Shown here: positions 23,334 to 34,145 of the stretch, piece by piece | Layout: each line of letters opens with the position of its first letter | Position numbering within the stretch: position 1 is the first letter of the stretch | Source of the DNA: Lepidodermella squamata | Lineage: Eukaryota; Animalia; Gastrotricha | Direction: 5' to 3' | Length of the DNA: 64,000 nucleotides | Assembly: GCA_047495785.1 (NCBI GenBank) | Contig: JBLDXI010000026.1 | Location: 558,001 to 622,000 of the forward strand | The notes under the pieces: model-generated | What the model was told of the DNA's origin: nothing | Databases searched by the model: none | Seen by the model: the letters and a program-made list of their open reading frames with translations, nothing else | Translations under genes and position numbers: made by a program

Positions 23334-24775
23334 ATGTCAGGAGTAATGCTATGCAAAGTGTGTGCTACTGTTGTTCCGAGAAGACGTGGCTATCAGCCAA
23401 CAACATGCGAGGCTTGTCAGAAGTTTTTTCGAAGAAACTGCCAGATGAAACGGCCGCTACGTTGCAAACACTCGCCCATGTCCGGAAATGAGGACAACGA
23501 AGTCACGTCCTCTAACCGCCGGCACATTTGTCCTAAATGCAGGTTCGAGAAGTGTCTATCAATCGGTATGCAAAGTAAGTTGAAATACAGCTTGATTTCC
23601 CTTGTAAATAATTCTTCAAAACAGGCAAATTTCTTAAAGAATCATCGCATGACCCCACTTCGAAGGAGGACTCTTCAGCATCCTCTTCGATGAGCGATAG
23701 TGTTAAAATTAGCAAGGACTTGATAACTCCTGGTCCAGTTATAGCCAAGGAAGAAACAACATTCCTGATTCCGCTTGTTAGAGATCCTGTATTTGTTGAC
23801 GGATCAGCTCCTGAAATAATAATCAGAGCATCTTTGAATGCTTACCCGGAGCTTCACACGCTTGAATTCGTGAGTTTTCCACCCTAGGAGCTGATTCTAT
23901 TCAACCCTGTGCTTTTGTTTTAGGGGTCTTTGAAAGATTTACCTCTATCCAGAATGGACATGGGAGCCATGCTTGCAGGAACCCTCCAACAAGCGCAGAG
24001 CTACCTATCGGCTTTGAATCGATACAGCAAACCCTTCTACGGTTCTTTTTTGCTAATTGAAGTATCTTCCGATGACGGGTTCTTTCAGATGCCGTACCAA
24101 CCATGCGAATTGACTCATCGGCTCTAACAGCGAATCGCATTGCTACTATTGTCAATATGATCGGGCTCTACTACAACTTGCCCAACTGCTTTGGGTGGAC
24201 TTATTTCGGCTTCCCCGATGATTTATTCCCGATATTTCTACAGATTTTTCCTCAGTCAATGGTAAGTAGTATAAAGTTGTTAGCAGACATTGCAACATAC
24301 ATTTCGGTTTTGGACAAATCAGAAGTCCTTCGAAATCACGAAGCAGCTAAGGCGTACCCTATCCGAGTGGGGCCCTTCGTTCACCGAGGCCTCTCTATTA
24401 ATGAGCGCTGTTATATATCACGGTTTGTTACTTAGCTAATTAACACCGTCCCAATCGATATTTTCTACTGCAGATGCTAAAAATGTTCAAATGCAAGTCG
24501 TGCGAGCTTTTAAGATGCACCTCTCTAGAATTTGTAGTGGAAATGTTGACCTAATTCGGAAACGAAGTCTCCTGTTCGCTCGATGTTTTCAGCTGACCCT
24601 CGAGGCTCAAAAAGAGGTACTAGCAATGGTTTCAAATCTCGGGCAGTCATCGCAATATTTTGGCGCAATAACGGAATTCTTTGGTCCCGATTTGTTTGGC
24701 TCATCTGAAGCAGCAGGAGTGGTGATAACTGCTGTATCACCTAGTTCCTCAAATATTGATGTTAAGCTGGAATGA
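23334..24775 (+). CDS. Atypical nuclear-receptor-like gene copy 4
   Basis: CKVC-x14-CEACQKFFRRNC...CPKCRFEKC-GMQS; LBD exons with YYNLP and WGPSFTEASLLMS. Confidence 0.85.
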
Positions 24776-25085
24776 TCTGCTGCCATCATTGCGTATCATG
24801 TCAAATAAAAGGCGCAACTCTCTATCTTGTTGTTTGAACAAAGATGTATTATGTATTGCAGCGTAAAAAGCAGATGTTTTTAGTAAGCAAACATATATCG
24901 AGTGTGTCAGCAGTATTTCTTGGCCACCCTGTAATTTGCGTTATACTACAACATAATAATTCTAAAATAAAACTACATTCTTATCTGCATTGCCTTCGGC
25001 GGTAGCTTATCATCTCTTTTTACAATGTTTTTGCGACATGTCAGCTTAGCTAGGTCAGTGTTTACTAGTTCGGGCCAAAACAAAA

Positions 25086-25847
25086 ATGACTTATTTCCAA
25101 CAAATTTTTAGCCTCGTTCTCTCAGCGATTGCTCTATCGGTATCTGCAGATCGCAGCTTGCTACACACTGCGACTGCCGATATTAGGCTAGCGGATGACT
25201 TTGCTGGGAATACCTTAGGAGTTCTAACATTGAAGCACTATCAAGACTCGACGGGCCATTCAGTTGAAGTTACAGGAGATTTAAAGGCCATCCTTCCCGA
25301 GTTGCTGCATGGCTTTCACATTCATACGAGCGCCCCGACGCCTGAGACTAAATGCACCGCTTTGGGGTCACATTGGAACCCACTGCAGACCCTACATGGG
25401 GCGCCGAGTAACGACGTGAAAACGCGCCACGTCGGTGATTTGGGCAACATTCAATCAGACAAGGACGGTATGGTGAAGGTGAACATTAAAGATGACATTA
25501 TCCAAGTCGGGTACGTCATTATCGCTCAAAATACCCACGTCTGAGTTTTCTATTCCGGCAATTAGCACTGGAGACAAAACTTTCGACATTGTCGGGAAAG
25601 CTATTGCGATTCATATTTCTACCGATGATTTAGGAAAGGGAGGACAGCCAAACAGCAACACGACAGGAAATGCTGGTACAATTATGGCATGCGGAGGCAT
25701 CGTCTTAAAGGTTTGACAGCGTTAATTTTGTTATTAATCTAATTTCTTTGTTTATGCATGCAGAGTCACGGATCGGTCAATTTTGCTCCTATTAGCATTC
25801 TGCTGCTGTCAGTATTCACCGGGAAAGCGATTCTATGGTCGCTTTGA
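25086..25847 (+). CDS. Extracellular Cu/Zn superoxide dismutase with predicted GPI-type C-terminal tail, 3 exons
   Basis: Signal peptide; HGFHIH, GSHWNP, HGAP, RHVGDLGNI, IHISTDDLG and GNAGTIMACG motifs; last exon 25764-25847 encodes SHGSVNFAPISILLLSVFTGKAILWSL. Confidence 0.9.
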
Positions 25848-26083
25848 AAACAGCTCTGGAACTTGATAATTTGTGCTGGTCGATTTCGTCGTTATTATTC
25901 CTCAGTAAATTCAACTATGAATGTCTATTGAAGAATAAAAAATGATTTTTTTTGATGAAAAAAACTGCAATGCATGATCACATTTTATTATGCATTTATT
26001 CATAAACACGTAATGGATAGTCCTCCAAATTTTGGACAGTCGCTCAAGGTGGCTAAAGCAAGGTGAAGTGAGTGAAAGTGCTG

Positions 26084-26596
26084 TTATGCTTTGCTTTCTA
26101 CAGGTCGTGTATCGACCTTGTTATTGTTGTTCCTAATTGGCACATATCGGCTTCCAGAAGTTCCAGGTCGAGAAGGAGTAGGCTTAGGTGGACTGACCTT
26201 GCATTTCGTCAACTCGGGCTTCCAAAGGCCAGAATCAGCGCAAACAGCGTAGCCTTCCGTATCTTTGCTCACAACCTCGTAGCCCGCATCGCAAACCAGC
26301 TTAATCTGAGCCCCAGGGTGGAAGGTAGTTCCGGTCTCAAGTCGAAAACTTCTGCGCTTGAAACAGCCGTTTTCAACGTGCGGAACTGTGCAGTTGAGTT
26401 GGCCATCGTATTCCGGCATTTCCACGTCGAAAGTTGGCATTGAATCGAAACCATTATCGCGATCTCGGCTGATGATCGGCTTAGTGCAGTTCCTCTTCAG
26501 AGAGTCAGGTATAGGATCCCTTTCATCGTCGATTGGGAGGGCGTTGGTGAAAATGGCAGCCGTTAAAACAACAAGAGTAGATACAGCCAATTTCAT
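26084..26596 (-). CDS. Small secreted single Sushi/CCP-domain protein
   Basis: Signal peptide MKLAVSTLVVLTAAIFTNA; CTVPHVENG...FHPGAQIKLVCDAGYEV...AVCADSGLWKPELTKC. Confidence 0.85.
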   Translation of the reverse strand: MKLAVSTLVVLTAAIFTNALPIDDERDPIPDSLKRNCTKPIISRDRDNGFDSMPTFDVEMPEYDGQLNCTVPHVENGCFKRRSFRLETGTTFHPGAQIKLVCDAGYEVVSKDTEGYAVCADSGLWKPELTKCKVSPPKPTPSRPGTSGSRYVPIRNNNNKVDTRPVESKA

Positions 26597-26974
26597 GTTT
26601 AGAGATTTCTGCCACAACGGGGAAGATAACTCGACTTTAAGTCGGCTCGATGCATGACACGAGTGAGCATTCCTCCCACACTCGCGTCATCTGAGCAGAC
26701 ATGTTAATGCTCCCCCAGTAGTGTGAATAACAACCTTAATTGCTAGTAAAACACGATTTTTGGCTGGATCATCTGTGTTACTCACTGCTGCCCTGGCTGT
26801 TGAATGACGTAGCGTCGATAGAAGAAAAAAATTTGAATAGGTATCAATCTAAGTTACATTTTGTTATCTCTGCAGAGATAGCCCATACCGCCGGTGAAAT
26901 TAATGATGATAAGGGAGAAGAAGGGCAAACGCAAAGCGACTACTCAATGTTCTTAGCTTCAGTTTCTGAGGAAA

Positions 26975-28239
26975 ATGATCCGAAAAGTTGGTTCCATTGT
27001 TTTAGTTCTTGCCTTGATAGCAGAAAGTCAAGGCTTAAAATGCTACCAAGCTTTTAGTACGGAGTCGACTTTTCCTCACCAATATCGAGAGACAAATTCC
27101 GATACTATTGGCTGCGTCGTGAGTTCTTAAACATGATTCGCTTCAAACGAAAATGTTGCCCGTAAATTTTGAACAGAAAATTTATCAATTCCAATCAATT
27201 TTCGATCCAGCCACTGGTCTAACAAATAACTCAGTGGGGTACTATTGGTCAGATTTTCAGGGCGACCAGTTGGTGAAGAGTTTATTGCAATGCGACTCAA
27301 CATGGGAGACGACAAGTTTCAATATTGATACCCAAAATCGAGATGTTACAACTTACCAGCGTCAGTGCTTGTGCTGCGGAGAATCCTGTAACAATCAGAA
27401 TATGGACGACGCATGTGATGAAGATCCTTTCTTTATAAAAACATGCTACGCCGGTGGAAGCAAGGTACACAGATTGTTCCAAAAACATACCATATTCTAA
27501 AAGGGGATTTTTTCAGAATAATCAAATTCTACCGAATACAGCAGTTCATGCTTTCTGCACTGAGACGCAGTTTTGCTATGTAAGCTTGAAACTCTCCCAT
27601 ATGCTGAGATATAAATTGATTCCATTGTGTATGTCCAAGAAATTCTCCGTTGATGTTCAAGCTGGTCCTGAAAGCGTCGAAAACTACCAATGGGGCTGTG
27701 CCAGTATTCCAAACGGGAAATGTGGAGATGGAGCTAATCTTACCAGCGCTGACATATTTTCAAAAGCCTGCACTTGCTGCGGTAACGATTGCAATGGTCC
27801 TCAAATGGATGGAATTGACGCAACTGATAAAACGACCTGCGATACTCAACTAGCAACCACGACTATGCAACCTATCACCGTGACCTTCATTATTGAAACC
27901 ACTACAACTCCGGCGACACCCGAGACTCACACGCCAGCATCTATCCGCACGCCAACTATCACGCCTGTAACATTCGTTCCACCCGGCTCAAGGACGCCAC
28001 TGATTATTTACGAAGGTGGAGGTTTTGATGTCGGATCTTTCTTCGGTGAGTTTTCTATTTTTCATTCCAGACTCTGATGTTTAAGGATTCTGATCACAGG
28101 TGGAATTGTTCTTGGACTCGTCTTGGTTGTCGGCGCTGTTTTCGGTTGGAGTTATTACCTGAGCAAGAAACGAGCCAATTCGCCCAATGGAATGGCCCCA
28201 GCTACGGTATCGACTTCGAAAACCTACAGCAATCTATGA
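26975..28239 (+). CDS. Type I membrane protein A: two Ly6/uPAR-like Cys domains, Thr-rich stalk, CD164/endolyn-type TM, C-terminal YSNL
   Basis: Signal peptide then LKCYQ; two CxCCGxxCN motifs; GGFDVGSFFGGIVLG TM segment; tail ends KTYSNL*. Confidence 0.8.
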
Positions 28240-28401
28240 AAATTTCAATTGATGATTCATGCAAAGATTTAATAAAGCCTGATAAAATCATTCCGGTCTT
28301 TTTCATCGCACACAACTAAGTAGAGATAAAAATTATCCGTGGGCGAGAGATAACTTACAAAGCTCAATTTGGACAAGGGCAGAAAAAGTGCCTGAGATAA
28401 A

Positions 28402-29678
28402 ATGGGGTTTAGCAACTTACTGATTCCGATTTTTTCGGCAATTTTATGCTCATTGTATGCCGTTCAATGCGACGTAAACTGTTACCAGGGATCCAGCACA
28501 AATGCTACCTTCCCCAGTGACGCTACGAACTCAACCTCCGGGGCTTTAGCCTGTGCGGTAAGTTAGACGCCGGGTAAACAAATGCCATGATTTTGGAATT
28601 CCATTTCAATAGAAACTTCAAAGCATAGTTACAACTTATGACCCAGTAACTAGAGAGCCAACAACAGTCGCTTCTTACCAATGGCTGGCATTCACGCCTT
28701 TCTTCATCATTGACGAATTTGTGGATTGCTCCCAGCAATGGGAAAACAGCCGAGGGGAGTACGACCAGGGTAATGCTCAAGTTGTGACCTATGAGCGATA
28801 CTGCCTGTGCTGCGGTGATCTTTGCAACGATAAGGCCATGGATGATACATGCAACAAATTACCAGTCTTTTCCGCGCAATGCTACTCTTCGACTGTAACT
28901 CCGGTAAAGAATAGATCGAAGTTGAATCTTCAGTTAATTTCAATGTTTTCAAACAGAGCCAATCTTTGCCGAATACATCAATTATTGTACCGATTACCGA
29001 GACTCAAGCTTGTTATGTTGGTTAATGAATTATTCAAATCTCTCGAATTATTTCTCTTGTGTGAATTTTATTAGAAAATGGCGACAAGAGTGACCCCTGA
29101 TGAAGGCCCGAGTCAAGACTCATTTTATTGGGGCGGAGCTTCGATTTTCGGAGGTCAATGTAACGCTGGTGTTAATGATTCAACTTCGGTAGCAGCTTAC
29201 AAAGGATGCAGCTGTTGCGGGAACTTGTGCAACGGCCAGCAAATGGATGGTATCGACGCCGACGTCACGACTGGTTGCTCGGCTAGCCTTACCACTATTG
29301 AACCTGAGACAACAACAACAACTGCAATGCCCCAGACAACATCTTCAACTGAATCAACCCCGGCAACAACTGCTGAAGCGACAACCACTTCCAACCCCGT
29401 CACTGAAACAGAAGGGCCAACAACAAATGGTCCTACAAATCCTCAAACGGTCACAACCACACCAACAGCGCAATCAACTACCCCGAAAGTTGTTTACGAA
29501 GGAGGCTTTGATGCTGGATCATTCGTTGGTACGCTTCTCTATGGACGTTTTTTATCTCTTTTTGATTAATTTTTTGTCTTAAGGTGGTTTCTTCCTTGGG
29601 GCTGTTCTGGTCATCATCGCTTTCATCGTATGGCTATATATCCGCAAGCGAAGGCGTCTACAGTATGGCAACATTTGA
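28402..29678 (+). CDS. Type I membrane protein B (paralogue), C-terminal YGNI
   Basis: Same exon layout; CLCCGDLCN, CSCCGNLCN, mucin stalk, GGFDAGSFVGGFFLG, RRRLQYGNI*. Confidence 0.8.
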
Positions 29679-29837
29679 TCCCGTTAAACCACCGGCCTCT
29701 CCCCCGTTATTCAAAGATAACAATTTCAGTGCGTCCAGATAACATTCATGAGAAGAAATAAAACTAAAAGAGATAAGTAAAAACGCCCGACTTCGCCCTC
29801 ATTAAACACCGCATTATAGCCGTTATAGCCTGTCAAA

Positions 29838-30945
29838 ATGAAGAGCCTTTCTGTATCACTGTTGTATCTCAGCGTTATTTTCGCCTTCTCTTGGGTGACC
29901 TTCGACACGGTTGAAGGTTTGAACTGCTATCGAGCCTATAGCAATGACTCGAAGCTTCCAGCTAATGCAGTAAATGAAACTGCTATTGATTCCATTGGTT
30001 GCAGTGTAAGACACTTTAAAAGCCTGATGAATTTTTGAATACGAAATTTGATCCCAGAAAACATACAGAAGCAAAACCTTCATCGAGCCTCTTACCAATC
30101 AAATCATTGTGACAGTCGAGTACGAGTGGGGTTACTTCTTAGACGAACCCTTGGTGGGTCTTTACGAGACTTGCGACAGCATCTATGAGTACAGCAATGA
30201 CGGAATCGATGACCGACAGCAGTACTACACTACTTACGAACGAAACTGCATTTGCTGCGGAGAATCGTGTAACGGCCCTGAATTGGACGCAATTTGCAAT
30301 GACGAGCCAAAGTTCACTAAGGAATGCTACTCGCTAAAGGATTCACCAGTAAGGGAAATTTTAAAAAGTTTCAATTCAACAAAATGTTTTACAGTCCCAG
30401 CAACTTTCCGCACAAGCAACCGTGATTCCCTGCACTGAAACTCAAAGCTGCTACGTAAGATATCAATCTGAGGGAATTATTCTCATGCCTCAAATTGAAA
30501 TGTTTTTTAGAAATCTACCTCACTTGCAGAGGGCAACTCAGTCTACGATTGGGGATGTGCCAGTCTCGGCCGCTTGAGTTGCGGAGTCTGGGGCAACATT
30601 ACAGAGTTCAGCACGTTCTACAAGGGCTGCAGTTGCTGCGGGAACCAGTGCAACAATCAGAGAATGGATGGCATCGACGCTCAGTATGATACCGCCTGCC
30701 GTATCACAGGCCCCACTACGGTTACCCCAGTAATTATCAGTACAACTCCGTTGATCATCTACGAAGGCGGCTTTGATGGCGGCTCTTTCGCAGGTTAGAT
30801 TTTTATGAATAATTTTCCATCAGGAAAATTTCTTTGTTTTCTCAAAGGTGGAATTTTCCTCGGAATTGCTATTGCGGTCGGTATTCTTGTTGGCCTTCAT
30901 TTCTACAAGAAAAGAAAAGAGGCAAGGAAGTACGGCGAAATTTAG
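29838..30945 (+). CDS. Type I membrane protein C (paralogue, short stalk), C-terminal YGEI
   Basis: LNCYRA, CICCGESCN, CSCCGNQCN, GGFDGGSFAGGIFLG, ARKYGEI*. Confidence 0.8.
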
Positions 30946-31156
30946 GCAGGAAAAGACGCGTCTTCTTTTTGTGTTGATATATTATGTGCCTAATAAAACA
31001 ACAATGCCATTAAAATTTGAGTTTTTTTATTGAAAAGCACACAAAAACAAAAGCTGAGTGGTTGTATTGTTTGTTTCTCCAAAAAACTGCATCTAGTTTT
31101 TATTACATCTCGCATAAACAACCTGAAATTTATTGAAACAAAGTTGAGTTACAGCC

Positions 31157-32469
31157 ATGCTGCTGTTAAGCTTGTTGCTGCAGTATCTGATTATCGTCGT
31201 GGTATTTTTGCTTTGTTATGTAATTGTTTCAAAGTCTTGAAATGGGATTATAGAAACTGGCATCCTGCTTGCTGTTCAACAAATATGTCGACTGCCGGCT
31301 ACCAGGCGACCCCGGTATATGCCCGGGTAACTTCCCAATGTTCTATTACGAGGCGAAGGAGCTCAAATGCATCGAATTTGTGTTTTCTGGTTGCGGAGGG
31401 AATACGAACCGATTCCGAACAGAAGAAGAATGTATGGGGAATTGCACGGGCGTCCTCGCAAATTACCCGCTATCCCCCGAAGAAAATCCGGCTCGTAAGT
31501 AAATTGAGCTACTTCAATCCCTCACTTGCCTTAATTTTCTTTATATTTTAGACGAGAGGTGCCAGCCCCCTCTTGACAGTGGTTGCTACAACTCTTACGA
31601 CCTTCTAGTCCTTCGATACACCTTTGACGCTCAAATCGGAGCTTGCAAGTCGTCCTACTACTGCAAGTCTGACTGGAATGATATCGGATTCGATGGCGAA
31701 GAGGCCTGTAACCGCAATTGTGCCTATCCAACGGTAAAACTCGAATTAACCCACTTTTTCCAGCAATAATTATGGTTTTTAGATGAAACCTCGAGCTGCA
31801 ACTCCTCGTGCAGCGGCTAGGCCTTCAGGCACTACTCAGGGTCAACAGCAGTTTATGAGAACTTTGATGACCCTAGCTACCCCTGGAGTCATTCGCCACA
31901 TTTCCCCTCGAAATATCTATCACCGCATCTACTACGACTGCGGAGAACCTTACGCAAATCGGGGTAGAATCACCTCGATCGAAGACTGCGCCGAGTACTG
32001 CGAGGGCCTATCAACGTGCAGCGTCATAATCTTCAGCCCAGTCGATCGATGGTGCCATGTCAAAAAGAACTGTAACAGCCGGACGAATACAACACGTTTG
32101 ATTGGGGACGGCAAGGAAGCTTGGCAGTTAATCGGGCCAATCAATCCTACTACAACTTTCCAGCCAGACCCAGTTAGTCCGACGGTTCAACCCGCCCTGC
32201 GAAGGATTTTCAACGACTCATCAGATGTGATGGACCGATTTGTACGGTTAGGCGGGTCTTGTCAAGGCCCTGTCGTTCAAAGTAACCAAGTCGCGTCTGT
32301 ACGAGCTTGTGCCCAATTATGCGAAAGTTACGGAACTTCTGATGAAGAATGTTTCGGCTTTGTTTACATCAGCGATACAAGGAAATGTCACCTAATGTCG
32401 AGCTGTATGCATAACCGTGTGATAAATGGCCCACCGACGTGGCTAAGGCTTTATAACAGAAGGAAATAA
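31157..32469 (+). CDS. Secreted protein: 2 Kunitz/BPTI domains plus 2 PAN/apple domains
   Basis: CRLPGDPGICPGNFPMFYY...FVFSGCGGNTNRFRTEEECMGNC; second, atypical Kunitz CQPPLDSGC...; PAN motifs CAEYC...C..IIF...CHVK and CAQLC...CFGFVY...CHLM. Confidence 0.85.
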
Positions 32470-32485
32470 AATCTCAATTTTATTC

Positions 32486-34145
32486 TTAGCATTTGCACTT
32501 TGTGATTGTTGCCTCAAGTTTTCCTTTCAAAATCGAGTTGCCCTTATGGGTGCTGAACTTGTTCAATTGACGAGAGACGATTTTGAGGACGGCTAGTACA
32601 ACGGCGCAGTAGTAATCGCTTTGCTTAGCGGCGTGTTTGGTAGAAGCGCTGAATAAAGGACTGTTCCGGCTCCGCTCTTGGACCAAACGACTAGCTGCTG
32701 AGGCGCTGTAGTCCCAGGCCCTGCTAGAGTCTGCTTGATAGTGCTTCCGCATCTCAACCTCAGCAGCCTGTTCCAGCGAGGTCAGAGCCGCCGAGAAGTC
32801 TTTCCTCCGCTTTTGGGTTATGACATCAGCCGGGGCTAAGGATCGAGCTGTTTCGAACTCAAGGTAGAGCTGCCGGATCAGGCAATACGCCGACATGCAA
32901 GCATCATGGTCCAAAGTAGACCTGTCAACGTATCTCCTTTGATACTTACTAACGTTCGACTCGTAACCACTCTCCAAACTTGTCGAATCCGTAGCGTTAG
33001 ACGGCGCATAGGGCATTGAAATTGTGCCCTGGAAGTGGGAGTAAGCATCTCGACAAGCTGAAGCGAAATTTTCGAGCAGAACTCCGTCCGTCTGGCATTT
33101 CGGCTGCCATATCTTCCCGTTGCTTTTCGGGTTGTTCTTCGACGGAATCATATCTCGCAACTCATCCAAAGCATCAGACGCGTCATGCCAGGCCTTGCTC
33201 ACCTCCAACTGGCTACGTTTCAACTTCCGCTGGCTTACGCGGCCACGATTCGCGATAGTAGTCAGACTATCGCTGTTGTTACTAGCTATTGTCTGAGTCT
33301 CAGCGACCGAGCCAGTTTCAAGTAAGGCTAAAGCGTCTTCCGTACTGATTGGACCCTGAAGACCGGTATTGAAGTTCTTCTTCAAAATCCGCTCACTTTG
33401 ATTGAGAAGTTTCATCAACTCTTGAAGTCGATTGTTGTTAAACCATAAAGTATTGACGAAATTGTTCTCCTTTCTTGATGGCTCCAGTGAGGCAAGAAGA
33501 TCACGCTGAACTGCCAGAATTAGGGGCAGGCAACACTTGCAGACATGCGTAGTCATTTGAGGCACCTCTGAAACTGGTTTTAAGGTAAATTTCAGTGGGG
33601 AAATGGTTCCTAAGTGACTTACGGTCAACCATATTAGGAATTTGAGCCAATCTAGCGCATTTGTGGCAAACGACCAATCGACAAGTGTAGCATTCCAACT
33701 CCCCGCGGCTTCCTATACTGTTCCTTCTGGTTCTTTTAGGGGCTGTAGTATCGGACGATCTTTTCGTGAAATTGAATTTACCGAAAAGCCCAGTTGCTTT
33801 CCCATCTTTCCCTCCTACTTCACCAGGTAAATTTTGAAAATTCTCCGCACACAACTGACAGGCAGGAATTGTTGAAGGATCAACAGTTGATGATCGGTAG
33901 ATTTTGTTTAGCGCTTTACTGATGTCCGCGTCTTCGCTACTCGCTGTTGTTGTTGTTAGCTTTTCGTCGGTTAATTTCAGCAGACGCGCCGCCATTTGCT
34001 GCCGCGTTTCGAGCCGGATGTTTTTCTCGTCGATCCAATCTTCACCCTTGGAACCGCGCCACCACCTGAGCCGCTTGAAGCTATCAAAATTCATGGCTAG
34101 CGAGTTGCTAGGGACATTTAAATCGACAGCGTACACTTCCGCCAT
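32486..34145 (-). CDS. Divergent FYVE-type zinc-finger protein resembling rabenosyn-5 (ZFYVE20), 2 exons
   Basis: Intron 33574-33622; CQLC...CYTC..VCHKC...VCKCC. Upstream DSFKRLR and ARLLKLT resemble rabenosyn DFKKHR and IRLEKLT. Helical C-terminal region. Confidence 0.6.
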
